Below, one piece after another: positions 1-9,461 of a stretch of 64,000 bases of DNA. A program made the position numbers and the translations under genes. The notes under the pieces were generated by a model. That model ran no database searches, had not been told where the DNA came from, and was given only the letters and a program-made list of their open reading frames with translations. Origin of the DNA: a virus. The stretch lies in the IMG/VR virus record IMGVR_UViG_3300028176_000002, positions 1 through 64,000 of that record. One strand, written 5' to 3'. Numbering within the stretch: position 1 is the stretch's first letter; every line of letters starts with the position of its first letter.

Positions 1-270
1 ACTACAGGTGCAGTTGGAACTACAGGTGCTGTAGGTGCTGACGGTACTACAGGTGCAGTTGGAACTACAGGTGCTGTAGGTGCTGACGGTACTACAGGTG
101 CAGTTGGAACTACAGGTGCTGTAGGCGCTGACGGTACTACAGGTGAAGTCGGAACTACGGGTGCTGTAGGCGCTGACGGAACTACGGGTGCAGTTGGAAC
201 TACGGGTGCAGAAGGTGCAATCGGTACTACAGGTGCTGTCGGTACTACAGGCGCACAGGGTACAACAGGT
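1..270 (+). repeat. Coding tandem repeat, 45-bp unit
   Basis: actacaggtgcagttggaactacaggtgctgtaggtgctgacggt repeated ~3x near-perfectly, then degenerating. Confidence 0.9.
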
Positions 271-333
271 GCGGATTTACTTGCTTCGACTTATGTTGCA
301 GAATACCGTTGTCTAGAAATTGAGTATATTTAA
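1..333 (+). CDS. Collagen-like (Gly-Thr-Thr) fibre protein, 3' part (5' end outside window)
   Basis: Frame 1 is open from base 1: [15 protein letters not shown] repeats (G-X-Y triplets), ending [19 protein letters not shown] and TAA at 331-333. Confidence 0.85.
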   Translation, partial: TTGAVGTTGAVGADGTTGAVGTTGAVGADGTTGAVGTTGAVGADGTTGEVGTTGAVGADGTTGAVGTTGAEGAIGTTGAVGTTGAQGTTGADLLASTYVAEYRCLEIEYI

Positions 334-345
334 TATTTATTATTA

Positions 346-386
346 ATAGGCGGGGGAAATTTTATTTCCCCCACCAAAAAACCTAT
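346..386. promoter_or_regulatory. GC-rich hairpin directly upstream of an HNH start codon
   Basis: GGGGGAAAT-TTT-ATTTCCCCC (352-372), followed by ACCAAAAAA; outer ATAGG/CCTAT pairing reaches the ATG. Confidence 0.55.
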
Positions 387-912
387 GAAAAATTATTGTA
401 TAGATTGTAAAAAGGAATTAAGTAGACCAGACGCTAAAAGATGTCGTTCTTGTGTTATGAAAGGAAATAAAATAGCAAGAATAGATGGAAGAAGCACGAT
501 AAAACATTATTGTTCTGATTGCGAAAAAGAAATATTTTATACAAGTACTCGTTGTAAGAAATGTGCAAAGCAAGGTGAACTACATTCATTATTTGGTAAA
601 AAGTTTACCAAAGAATCAAAAAAGAAAATGAGTTTAGTTCGTGGTGGTACTGGAATACCATATGCAAAGAACGATTATCCTAATAAATTTTATGAATTGA
701 GAGATATTATACGTAACAGAGATAATCATAAATGTACAATTTGCAATAAAAAAGGAAATTTTGTTCATCATATAGATTATATTAAAAAGAACTGTAAAGA
801 AGAGAACTTAATAACTCTTTGCAACAACTGTCATTCTAAAACAAATTTTAATCGAAGCTATTGGAAAACATTTTTTAAAAATTTAATTAATAAAATTATA
901 AATAATAATTAA
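385..912 (+). CDS. HNH homing endonuclease with N-terminal CxxC zinc-finger repeats (family A)
   Basis: Two CxxC..CxxC repeats, NUMOD3-like segment, RDNHKCTIC...VHHIDY..N...NLITLCNNCH. Confidence 0.9.
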   Translation: MKNYCIDCKKELSRPDAKRCRSCVMKGNKIARIDGRSTIKHYCSDCEKEIFYTSTRCKKCAKQGELHSLFGKKFTKESKKKMSLVRGGTGIPYAKNDYPNKFYELRDIIRNRDNHKCTICNKKGNFVHHIDYIKKNCKEENLITLCNNCHSKTNFNRSYWKTFFKNLINKIINNN

Positions 913-923
913 AAGGAAATATA

Positions 924-1559
924 ATGTCCAGAACAAGTGGTCCGTTTCCAATGTTTTTTAGAAATATAGTGACGTATATATCCAATGGTGATATATGTGA
1001 TGAGGATATGATAGATATTACTGATTGGACAGATGGTGATAACATTTATGGCGTAAGTACGCAGGTAACTTTCGATAGTAAATCATGTATGAAATTAGAT
1101 AGCGGCAATAATACTGCTGGTTCATCACTAAGAGTTAGAGATATAGGAACTTTTGGAAATAGAACGGTATTTTCAATGAATTTATATCATGAAGCATTAG
1201 GAACTAGACCATTTAATGACGGAGATTCATTTGCATTTTCTTCTAGTAACGGAACAACTCATTTATTAGTATGTTTTGCTACTGACGGTTTATTTGTTTT
1301 TAAGAATGGTTATAATGAAATAGGAACCGATTTAGTTAGTGTAGGAGTTTGGCAGCAATGGACTTTTGATGTTAATTGGATTACGCAAACAGTAGATATT
1401 TATCAGAATAATATATTAAAAGTTTCAGGAGCAGATTGTTCATATACTGGAGAAGCTCCCGCAAATGGCGTTACGAGTTTTACACAAATAGGGCAAACCA
1501 ATATAAATAGAATTTCTTATGTAGATTATTTTAAAGCAGGAAGCGATTTTTCAGTTTAA
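924..1559 (+). CDS. Putative virion protein, LamG/concanavalin-like beta-sandwich
   Basis: Beta-rich, motif GVWQQWTFDVNW...VDIYQN...YVDYF; lies among fibre genes; AAGGA SD. Confidence 0.55.
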   Translation: MSRTSGPFPMFFRNIVTYISNGDICDEDMIDITDWTDGDNIYGVSTQVTFDSKSCMKLDSGNNTAGSSLRVRDIGTFGNRTVFSMNLYHEALGTRPFNDGDSFAFSSSNGTTHLLVCFATDGLFVFKNGYNEIGTDLVSVGVWQQWTFDVNWITQTVDIYQNNILKVSGADCSYTGEAPANGVTSFTQIGQTNINRISYVDYFKAGSDFSV

Positions 1560-1581
1560 TATTAATTAAAAGGAAAATATA

Positions 1582-2766
1582 ATGTCTACCAAAAAAGTAG
1601 TAGTAAAAGACGAAGCATCATGGCAAGAACCAGTAATTAATATTATTACTGATGCTACTCGTGCCGGATTATCTCCAGCAAAAGGAGATAGATATTTACT
1701 TTCTGATGGTGTTAACATAAATAAAGTTTGCTATTGTAGCAACGCAACTGGTCCAGTTTGGGAATATTTAACTGCCATCGAAGGTTGGATAGTTTGGAAT
1801 AATAATGATAATAATTATTATAAATTTGACGGAAGTAATTGGTCAGTAAATATTGGGGCGACAGGTACTACCGGCGCAATAGGTACAACAGGTGCTGTAG
1901 GAACCACAGGTGCTGAAGGTACTCAATATACCTGGAAAGGTGCTTGGGTTTCTCCAGGACCATATGCAATAAATGATTGTGTTCAATATTTAGGAAGTGG
2001 TTATATTTGTAAATTAGCAGCAACAACTGAATTACCTATAGATACAGACCATTTCGATTTATTAGTTGAAAAAGGTATTACAGGTACCACTGGTGCCACA
2101 GGAACTACAGGTATTACGGGTACTACGGGTGCTGTAGGTGCTGACGGTACTACCGGAGAAATTGGTACTACAGGTGCTGTAGGCACAACTGGAGCAGAAG
2201 GTGCTGATGGTACGACAGGTGCTGATGGTATAGATGGAACAACCGGTGCTGAAGGTGTAGACGGTACGACTGGCATCGACGGTACTACGGGTATAGATGG
2301 CACCACAGGTATTACTGGAACTACTGGTGAAGTTGGTACGACAGGTGTGCAAGGTACTACGGGTATAACAGGTACTACAGGTGCAGTTGGAACTACCGGA
2401 GCAATTGGTACTACTGGTGCAAGTGGAACAACATCTTATTCTAGGTCATTTATTATTACTAATCCTACAAGTGATGCAGATAGTGCACTTTGGAGAAGTC
2501 CAGTTGCAATTACTATTACAGCAATTCATGTTTTATGTATAGGCGGTACCTCTATTACCGGTGGTCTTGATGAAGCCGATGCGAATGGTGCAAATCCAGT
2601 CGCAGTAGATGCAGATATAGTAGGAACCGCTGGAACCAATGTTAATGATGATGGAAGTTTAACTAATCCGGGAATAGATGCTGGCGATTATTTATATTGG
2701 CATACTACAAGTGTTTCTGGAACGGTAACAAAGGTAATCGTTACGTTTGACTACACGATAGTTTAA
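1582..2766 (+). CDS. Collagen-like fibre: DUF2793-like N-terminus, GTT collagen, CBM5/12-like domain, GTT collagen, C-terminal domain
   Basis: GDRYLL...WEYL...GWIVW...YKFDGSNW; WKGAW...[16 protein letters not shown]; long G-T-T/G-A-D triplet runs. Confidence 0.85.
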   Translation: MSTKKVVVKDEASWQEPVINIITDATRAGLSPAKGDRYLLSDGVNINKVCYCSNATGPVWEYLTAIEGWIVWNNNDNNYYKFDGSNWSVNIGATGTTGAIGTTGAVGTTGAEGTQYTWKGAWVSPGPYAINDCVQYLGSGYICKLAATTELPIDTDHFDLLVEKGITGTTGATGTTGITGTTGAVGADGTTGEIGTTGAVGTTGAEGADGTTGADGIDGTTGAEGVDGTTGIDGTTGIDGTTGITGTTGEVGTTGVQGTTGITGTTGAVGTTGAIGTTGASGTTSYSRSFIITNPTSDADSALWRSPVAITITAIHVLCIGGTSITGGLDEADANGANPVAVDADIVGTAGTNVNDDGSLTNPGIDAGDYLYWHTTSVSGTVTKVIVTFDYTIV

Positions 2767-2833
2767 GATTTAAAAAGTAAATTATAATATATTTTTAAAA
2801 AACAAATAAAATTACTAATAAAGGAAAATTATA

Positions 2834-4051
2834 ATGGCATCTTTAGAAATGGATTGGATGGAATATGCAAACGACGCAGCAGCACAATTGGCGTATGTGT
2901 CTAGTGATTCAATAGGCTCTGCAACTGGTGGAACTATAACTAAAGATGGTGCTTATACTGTTCATACCTTTTTATTAGGACAGACAGGACAAGCGTTTAC
3001 TCCACTTAAAGCTGGAAATGTTAGTATTCTTGTGGTTGCAGGTGGTGGCGGCAGCGGAACAGGTTATGGAGGAGGCGGCGGCGGAGGAGGTATAATTTAT
3101 AATGCTTCTTTTGCTGTTACTGCACAGGCATATACTGTAACAGTTGGCGGTGGTGGAATAACTAACGGTTCAAATAACAATGGTTCTAATGGTGATAATT
3201 CTGTATTTAGTGACCAAACAGCATTGGGTGGAGGTGGTGGAGGAGCTGTTGGTAACTCAGGAAATGCTGGTGGGTGTGGTGGAGGTGGTGGAGGAGACGG
3301 GGGAGGAACACGATTAGGCGGAGCTGGTTCAGCCCAAGGTTATAAAGGAGGGGATGGAAATCCAACAGCTGCTGGTGGAGGTGGTGGCACAGGAGCCCTA
3401 GGCGGTAATGCTGGTGTTAATGAAAATAAAGGCGGTGCAGGTGGTGCAGGATTTGCTTCTACAATTTATGATGGTTCAACTAAATATTATGCTGGTGGTG
3501 GTTCTGGCAACGGAACTGGTGGTGCAGATGCACCAAATACAGGTGGAACTGCGGTTTCTACAGCAGGTGCAGACGATACTGGTGCAGGTGGAGGTGGTGA
3601 TTTTGGAGCAGGGGGTTCTGGTATTGTCATTATTCGCTATTTGTCATCTCTCCAATCCTCCTCCGAAGCCACAATCAAAACTCAAGGCACAAATTCATTA
3701 AAAGGAATAGCAGCGATAACGGATAGTTTAAATAAGACTTTGACTCGCACAGCCACACTAGGAGATTTATCAGGAGTAAAAAATATTAGTTTTGATATTC
3801 GGTCAAATAGAACTGGAAGTAATATTAAAATCGGTCTTGTAGACGCAGGAGCAACTACTGAAATTACTCCGAATATAATTACAGCAGATACTTTCCAAAA
3901 GGTAAATTGGGATATTTCCAATGTAGCAGATGCTAATAAAAATGCTATAACAGCTATTAGGATTACGATTGTTAATGCTGACCAAGCGAATACATTTTAT
4001 TTGGATAATTTTAAAATAGAACAAGCGATTGACGTTTTCGGAATAACATAA
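2834..4051 (+). CDS. Glycine-rich adhesin-like virion protein with C-terminal carbohydrate-binding-like domain
   Basis: ATGGTIT..YTVHTF...VVAGGGG...GGSGIVIIRY glycine-rich domain; C-terminus ending FYLDNFKI. Confidence 0.75.
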   Translation: MASLEMDWMEYANDAAAQLAYVSSDSIGSATGGTITKDGAYTVHTFLLGQTGQAFTPLKAGNVSILVVAGGGGSGTGYGGGGGGGGIIYNASFAVTAQAYTVTVGGGGITNGSNNNGSNGDNSVFSDQTALGGGGGGAVGNSGNAGGCGGGGGGDGGGTRLGGAGSAQGYKGGDGNPTAAGGGGGTGALGGNAGVNENKGGAGGAGFASTIYDGSTKYYAGGGSGNGTGGADAPNTGGTAVSTAGADDTGAGGGGDFGAGGSGIVIIRYLSSLQSSSEATIKTQGTNSLKGIAAITDSLNKTLTRTATLGDLSGVKNISFDIRSNRTGSNIKIGLVDAGATTEITPNIITADTFQKVNWDISNVADANKNAITAIRITIVNADQANTFYLDNFKIEQAIDVFGIT

Positions 4052-4100
4052 ATTATAATTTAAAAAGAAAAACTTAAATATAATATAGAAAGGTAATAAT

Positions 4101-4820
4101 ATGAATAAGGCGCAAATAATAAAAAAATTAAAAAATTTACCTCAGTATTCGGGTAAATCAGATGAGGAAATGGATGTAATTGCAGAAGAGGAATTGCAGA
4201 AGAAAGAAATAGTTGAAAATACTTTTGCAGCTACTCCCGAAGAAGAAGCATTTGTAAAAGAATTATTAAAGAAATATATGTCTCAGGGAAGTATTGAGAC
4301 AGAATCAGATAAATTAACTTTGCAGCAATTGGTGTGCCAGGAATTAATTGCAGAAAGATTTAAACATTTATTAAAGATTCAATATTCTGCTGCGAACCCG
4401 GCTCAGGATTTAGAGATTGTAGAGCAACTTGATAAAGTAGTTAAAAGAATTACTGAACTAAAAATAGAATTAGGATTATCTCAGAAGGACAGGCAATCGG
4501 CAACATGGTTAGCTGAGTGGGATAAGTTAAAAAGAAAAGCATTAAATTATTACGAAACGCATAAGGGCTGCAATGTAGTAAAGTGTCCTTATTGCTCTAA
4601 AATATTCTATCTATTATTGAAAACTGAAAATTTAACTGCCGAAACATGTGAATGGTTTAGAGGTACTGATTTGTATAATAAAAAATTAATGGAAATGGTA
4701 GCAGAGAATAAGATTACTCGTCAAGAAGCTGCAGATGTGTTGGGCGTGAATATTTTATATGTTGATAAAATCTACGAAAAAATTTATTTGAAAGATAAAT
4801 CTAAAGAAAGCGAGAAATAA
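4101..4820 (+). CDS. Probable terminase small subunit
   Basis: Directly upstream of TerL; helical; CPYC zinc ribbon and HTH-like ITRQEAADVLGV. Confidence 0.55.
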   Translation: MNKAQIIKKLKNLPQYSGKSDEEMDVIAEEELQKKEIVENTFAATPEEEAFVKELLKKYMSQGSIETESDKLTLQQLVCQELIAERFKHLLKIQYSAANPAQDLEIVEQLDKVVKRITELKIELGLSQKDRQSATWLAEWDKLKRKALNYYETHKGCNVVKCPYCSKIFYLLLKTENLTAETCEWFRGTDLYNKKLMEMVAENKITRQEAADVLGVNILYVDKIYEKIYLKDKSKESEK

Positions 4821-4821
4821 G

Positions 4822-6420
4822 TTGATAGAGAAGATTTCGGAAGAAGATTTAATTATCTTCGAACTTTTGAGAAATCCGGTAGCATCTACTGAGATACTTT
4901 TCAGTAATTTAGGAAGTTTATCCGAATTTGATGAAGATAAATTTAGTCAAGTAAGAAAATATCAGTATAATTATTTATCTTATGACCAATTGCTCTTTGA
5001 CAATGGAACTTATACAGAAAAAGAATTCTTTAATTTAAAAAAAGGAATGTCAGAAACTTATATTCTCGGTGGAAGGCTCACAGGAAAATCCCTGATTGGC
5101 TTGATAGTCGATGTCGTATTAGCATTGTTTCATAATACGTTTCATAAAGGTTCAGTATCAAGTGCAGACGCTGAGAAGATTAAAAAAGTTTGTGAACAAG
5201 TATTTGTTCCTCTGGAATTTCATCCAATATTAAAATTACTTAATATTCGAGTAATAAGAAATCCGTATCAAGCGAAAACACCGTCGGGAACAATACTTGA
5301 GTCCGTCAATGAAAATGTAGCTGGAAAAAATCCTGGCGGAAATTATCACGGACGCCACGACGAGAAATCGTGGATTGAGGAGGCGTCGTATCAAACAAAC
5401 CAAATCGCCCATGAGCGTCTTATGGCACAATCGGAAATGGGAATTATAAATCATTATACGGGGATGACAACATTCGCAAAAGAATCCCCGATGGGAAAAA
5501 TATTTTACAATCTTAAGAATGAAAATAAATTAATAAATTTTCCATCGTATGTGAATCATACGTGGGATACCGAAAAAGAAGATGCAGCAATTAGAGAATT
5601 TGGCGGAAAATCGTCTTCGGGTTATCAAGTACAAATCGACGGACAGGTTATAGAAAATGGTGAGTCAGTATTTATAATTGAGAAAATAAGAGACACATAC
5701 ATTAGGGATGCTCAAGGCACACCATTACCTATCAAAACTTTTGAAATAAACACAAATAACTTTTTTAGATTTAAAGATATAGTTATTGTTGACCGACCCA
5801 ACAATGCAGAATCAATTCATATTCATGCCGATATTGGGGAGGGAGGATGTCCCTCGGAAATAATAGTTCTTTCTAAAATAAAAGATGTATATAAATACAT
5901 CTATAATATTACTACTTTTAAGATTGCTCCTGATGAGAATGAAGTAATATTTCGTTATTTAATTGAAACACTAAAAGCGAATGTAGTCGGACTCGATATT
6001 ACCAGTGGTGGCGGAAAAGCATTATTCTGCAATCTCGCAAGAGACTACAATAAGGTAGAAGAACATATTTTTGGAGTTTCTTTCAATGAGAAAATAAGTA
6101 TTGGTTATAAACTCGATGAAAAAGGTAATGCGACATCAGAACATTTAGAAACATATGTAGTAGATTGGTCGATTCAAAGATTGAAACATATTTTTTATAA
6201 TAATAAAATTCGTTGCTTATATGACCTCAAGTTAGATTCTCAAATTTCGGGAGTCGTAGTAATGCAATCTGGTCAGAGAACGGTATACGGAAACAAGACC
6301 CAGAATCACCTTTTCCAGGCGTTTCAAGTAGCTGCGGTTTGCGATTGGAATACTGAATTTAAATTAATTAATCCGATTCAACGGAGAAAGCTCGGTGGAG
6401 GTTCCTTCGGGTCCAAATAA
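4822..6420 (+). CDS. terL: Terminase large subunit
   Basis: Walker A GGRLTGKS, Walker B-like WIEEAS after GRH, nuclease HADIG; precedes portal; TTG start. Confidence 0.85.
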   Translation: MIEKISEEDLIIFELLRNPVASTEILFSNLGSLSEFDEDKFSQVRKYQYNYLSYDQLLFDNGTYTEKEFFNLKKGMSETYILGGRLTGKSLIGLIVDVVLALFHNTFHKGSVSSADAEKIKKVCEQVFVPLEFHPILKLLNIRVIRNPYQAKTPSGTILESVNENVAGKNPGGNYHGRHDEKSWIEEASYQTNQIAHERLMAQSEMGIINHYTGMTTFAKESPMGKIFYNLKNENKLINFPSYVNHTWDTEKEDAAIREFGGKSSSGYQVQIDGQVIENGESVFIIEKIRDTYIRDAQGTPLPIKTFEINTNNFFRFKDIVIVDRPNNAESIHIHADIGEGGCPSEIIVLSKIKDVYKYIYNITTFKIAPDENEVIFRYLIETLKANVVGLDITSGGGKALFCNLARDYNKVEEHIFGVSFNEKISIGYKLDEKGNATSEHLETYVVDWSIQRLKHIFYNNKIRCLYDLKLDSQISGVVVMQSGQRTVYGNKTQNHLFQAFQVAAVCDWNTEFKLINPIQRRKLGGGSFGSK

Positions 6421-6421
6421 T

Positions 6422-7108
6422 ATGAAAACTAAAATTTGTACTAGATGCAAAACATTAAAAAATCTAAATGAATTTCATAGAGACAGTCGCAACAAAAGCG
6501 GAATAACTTCTTGGTGTGATAGATGTCATAAAGAATATCAGAAACAGTATGATGAGAAATACACCAAACTACATCGAAAAGAAATACTAAAGAAGAAACA
6601 ATTATATTCTTCTTCACATAAAACTGAGAAGGCAATATACGACCGTGAATATTATCAAGAACATAAAGAAGAACGGATAGAGAACGTAAAACAATGGAAT
6701 AAACTTCACACAGAAGAAAGAAGGGAATATAAGAAAAAATATTCTGAGATTAATCGTGATAAAATAAACGTTTATCGTAAAAATAAAAGTAAAACAGATA
6801 TAAATTTTAGGATAACAGACAATTTAAGGAGTAGATTACGCCAGGCACTAAGGAATAATTCTAAATCTGATAACACATTCATTCTGTTAGGATGTAGTAT
6901 TGAATTTTTGAAAGATTATTTAGAGCGGAAATTTATTACTGGTATGACCTGGGAAAATTATGGAACGTGGCACATTGACCACATAATTCCGTGTGCTAGT
7001 TTCAATATGAGTAAAGTATTAGAACAGTATAAATGCTTTAATTATAAAAATTTACAGCCCTTATGGGCTATTGATAATTTAATAAAACACGATAAAATTT
7101 TACAATAA
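6422..7108 (+). CDS. HNH homing endonuclease (family B)
   Basis: KICTRC..C..C zinc finger, charged helix, WHIDHIIPCASF...NLQPLWAIDNLIK; start moved to the ATG after the TerL stop. Confidence 0.9.
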   Translation: MKTKICTRCKTLKNLNEFHRDSRNKSGITSWCDRCHKEYQKQYDEKYTKLHRKEILKKKQLYSSSHKTEKAIYDREYYQEHKEERIENVKQWNKLHTEERREYKKKYSEINRDKINVYRKNKSKTDINFRITDNLRSRLRQALRNNSKSDNTFILLGCSIEFLKDYLERKFITGMTWENYGTWHIDHIIPCASFNMSKVLEQYKCFNYKNLQPLWAIDNLIKHDKILQ

Positions 7109-7125
7109 AGAATAGGAGACCAAAA

Positions 7126-8835
7126 ATGTCAGATGCTCTCGGTGGAGGTTTGTTTAATGCGTTCCTCGAATATCTTTTCGCTACAGGAGGAATTTCCATA
7201 CCAAAAACATATCATGAACAGTGCAATTCTGTTAAGAATATGCTCAGTAATGATGTTACAGGAACTATTACTACTGTAACTGATTATGCTATTAATTCCG
7301 CATCAGAAACGGTATACTCTATTGAGTCTTCCAATGAAACGATTGAGAAACTGTTAAATTTATGGTTATCGAAGATAAATTTAATGGTTAATGGTGTCCC
7401 GACGGGTATACATGAGTTAACTAAGGAGTACTACAAGGAGAGGTGGCAAGGTTCTTCTTTATGTCTTCTGAGAGTTAGTTCATGGAAAAACATCACCGTA
7501 GACGGTGCAACTATTTCCGTTCCTACAGTGCTGTGGTTTGTTAATGGCTCGTCAGTTTATGTTAAAAGAGACGAAAAGAATTTTAAATTAGGTTCTGATA
7601 AATTTTTCTTAGATTCAGAATATAAAAATGAAGTTCCTAAAAATAAAGATGAGGAAATTGTAGTTAATAAACCATATGGTCGATGGTTCGATAAATATCC
7701 GACACCGTATCTCGTTCGCAATGGTGTTCTCAAGAATTATTTAGGTATTCAAGCTATTCAGGATAAATCAGACGAAGTTATTACTAAGATTTTACCCTAC
7801 TTATTCATAATCAATAAAGGCACTGAAAAAATGTTTATTGATGGTAAAGTAGATTATAAAGATAGCGATTTAACTACCTTAGTAGATAATTTTAAAACAG
7901 CATTAGAGACATATAAAGCAGAAACAAATGCAACACCAGTAAACGCAATACCTTTTGACCAGAAATATGAACATTTAATTCCCGACCTCAAGAATATTTT
8001 GAGCGAGGAATTATACAGACAAGGATACCGTGCGTTATTGTGTGGTTTAGGATTTATAGATGTATTACAGGGTGTTTCTAGTACCAGAAAAGAATCAGTG
8101 CTTAATCCGAAACCTTTTATTGCCGAAGTAAATGCGGGCGTAGATGGTTTTAAGACTGTTCTTTTAGAAATAATCAACATTATAATCGCTAAAAATAAAG
8201 GAGAACACAAAAAATTATTTAGCGAAAATAATGAATTAAAAATAACTAATTCACCTCTTAAAATTAATGTCGAAACAATTATAGATTCTATTCGGTCTGG
8301 TTTTGTGTATGGAGTTGTGTCTATTAAGACTTATCAAGAAGTTCTAGGCGTTGACCCAGATAAAGAACTCCAGAGATTACAGAAAGAATGGAATGATGGA
8401 TTGCGTGATATTTGTTATCCTCATTTGATTCAAAATACTGAAAAGGACCCAGATGTTAATGTGAAATTACCACCAGTACAACAAAAACCAATAGTTACTC
8501 CGAAACAGGTACAGAAACAGAATGAGAAAACAAAATTTCCTCCAAATATGGTTAAGAAACCAATAAAAAAAGGGGAATTAGTTTTAGATGAGCCTATTGA
8601 CCCGAATTTAGAAACATTAGAAGAAGCACCTTACAATGATTTAGAATCATTGCCGAAGGCAGTAAAGAAGATGCCGAAACATGCACAGCATATATGGCAA
8701 TCAACATTTAATCAGGTTTTAAATGATAATCCAGGGGACGAAGCAACAGCATTTAGAATTGCTTGGTCAGCAGCAAATAAATGGTTAAAAGAAAACAACT
8801 ATAAAAAAGTCGAAGATAAATGGGTTAAGGAATAA
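7126..8835 (+). CDS. Portal protein with C-terminal ChaB-like domain
   Basis: Size and position between TerL and protease; C-terminus PYNDLESLPKAVKKMPKHAQHIWQSTFN...AFRIAWSAA...YKKVEDKW matches the ChaB pattern. Confidence 0.75.
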   Translation: MSDALGGGLFNAFLEYLFATGGISIPKTYHEQCNSVKNMLSNDVTGTITTVTDYAINSASETVYSIESSNETIEKLLNLWLSKINLMVNGVPTGIHELTKEYYKERWQGSSLCLLRVSSWKNITVDGATISVPTVLWFVNGSSVYVKRDEKNFKLGSDKFFLDSEYKNEVPKNKDEEIVVNKPYGRWFDKYPTPYLVRNGVLKNYLGIQAIQDKSDEVITKILPYLFIINKGTEKMFIDGKVDYKDSDLTTLVDNFKTALETYKAETNATPVNAIPFDQKYEHLIPDLKNILSEELYRQGYRALLCGLGFIDVLQGVSSTRKESVLNPKPFIAEVNAGVDGFKTVLLEIINIIIAKNKGEHKKLFSENNELKITNSPLKINVETIIDSIRSGFVYGVVSIKTYQEVLGVDPDKELQRLQKEWNDGLRDICYPHLIQNTEKDPDVNVKLPPVQQKPIVTPKQVQKQNEKTKFPPNMVKKPIKKGELVLDEPIDPNLETLEEAPYNDLESLPKAVKKMPKHAQHIWQSTFNQVLNDNPGDEATAFRIAWSAANKWLKENNYKKVEDKWVKE

Positions 8836-9461
8836 TGAGAAATTGCTCTTGCGGAAAACAAATACATGAAACATCCATAAGATGTAGGTCGTGCGAAGCA
8901 AAGAGAAAGCATGCTGAAGGCATATTGTTTCAAACTAATTTTAAGGGTGGTTTAGAATCAAGAGTTAAACATTGCGTAGACTGTGATAAACAGTTAAATG
9001 ATTCTGCATATTATCGTGGTGATGAACGGTGTCATAAATGTGCAAAACAAGGAAAATTAAACAATTTTTTCGGAAAGAAATTAACAACAAGTCATAAAGA
9101 AAAAATAAGTTTAAATCATGCTGATGTTAAAGGTAAAAACAATCCTATGTTCGGTAAAATATCACATGGAAAAGGTTCTTACTATAAAAATATTTGGATG
9201 CGTAGCACATGGGAAGTTAAGTTTGCTAAGTGGTTGGATAATCATAATATTAAATGGTTATACGAACCTAAAACTTTTGATTTAGGAAAGACAACATATA
9301 CACCCGATTTTTACGTTCCAATATACGCCACTTATATTGAAATCAAAGGATACTGGAGACCTGATGCAAAAAATAAATTTAATTTGTTTAAGAAATTATA
9401 TTCCAGAGAAGAAATTGTAATTTTACAAAAAGAGAAGTTAATAAAATTGGGGGTATTATAA
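8835..9461 (+). CDS. Free-standing PD-(D/E)xK endonuclease with zinc-finger and NUMOD3 repeats
   Basis: RSTWEVKFAKWLD...YEP...YTPDFY...IEIKG; CxxC repeats; KGKNNPMFGK. Confidence 0.85.
   Translation: MRNCSCGKQIHETSIRCRSCEAKRKHAEGILFQTNFKGGLESRVKHCVDCDKQLNDSAYYRGDERCHKCAKQGKLNNFFGKKLTTSHKEKISLNHADVKGKNNPMFGKISHGKGSYYKNIWMRSTWEVKFAKWLDNHNIKWLYEPKTFDLGKTTYTPDFYVPIYATYIEIKGYWRPDAKNKFNLFKKLYSREEIVILQKEKLIKLGVL

Noticed and set aside
1-270. 45-bp tandem repeats as a CRISPR or guide array
   Set aside because: No unique spacers; the unit is a multiple of 3 and encodes collagen triplets; no cas genes
2001-2352. Antisense ORFs 2001-2306 and 2062-2352
   Set aside because: Shadows of the repetitive collagen codons
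4822-9461. HNH genes as group I intron or intein passengers
   Set aside because: Flanking genes look complete, junctions leave no room for intron core structure, and TerL, PolB and RecA show no intein motifs or excess length
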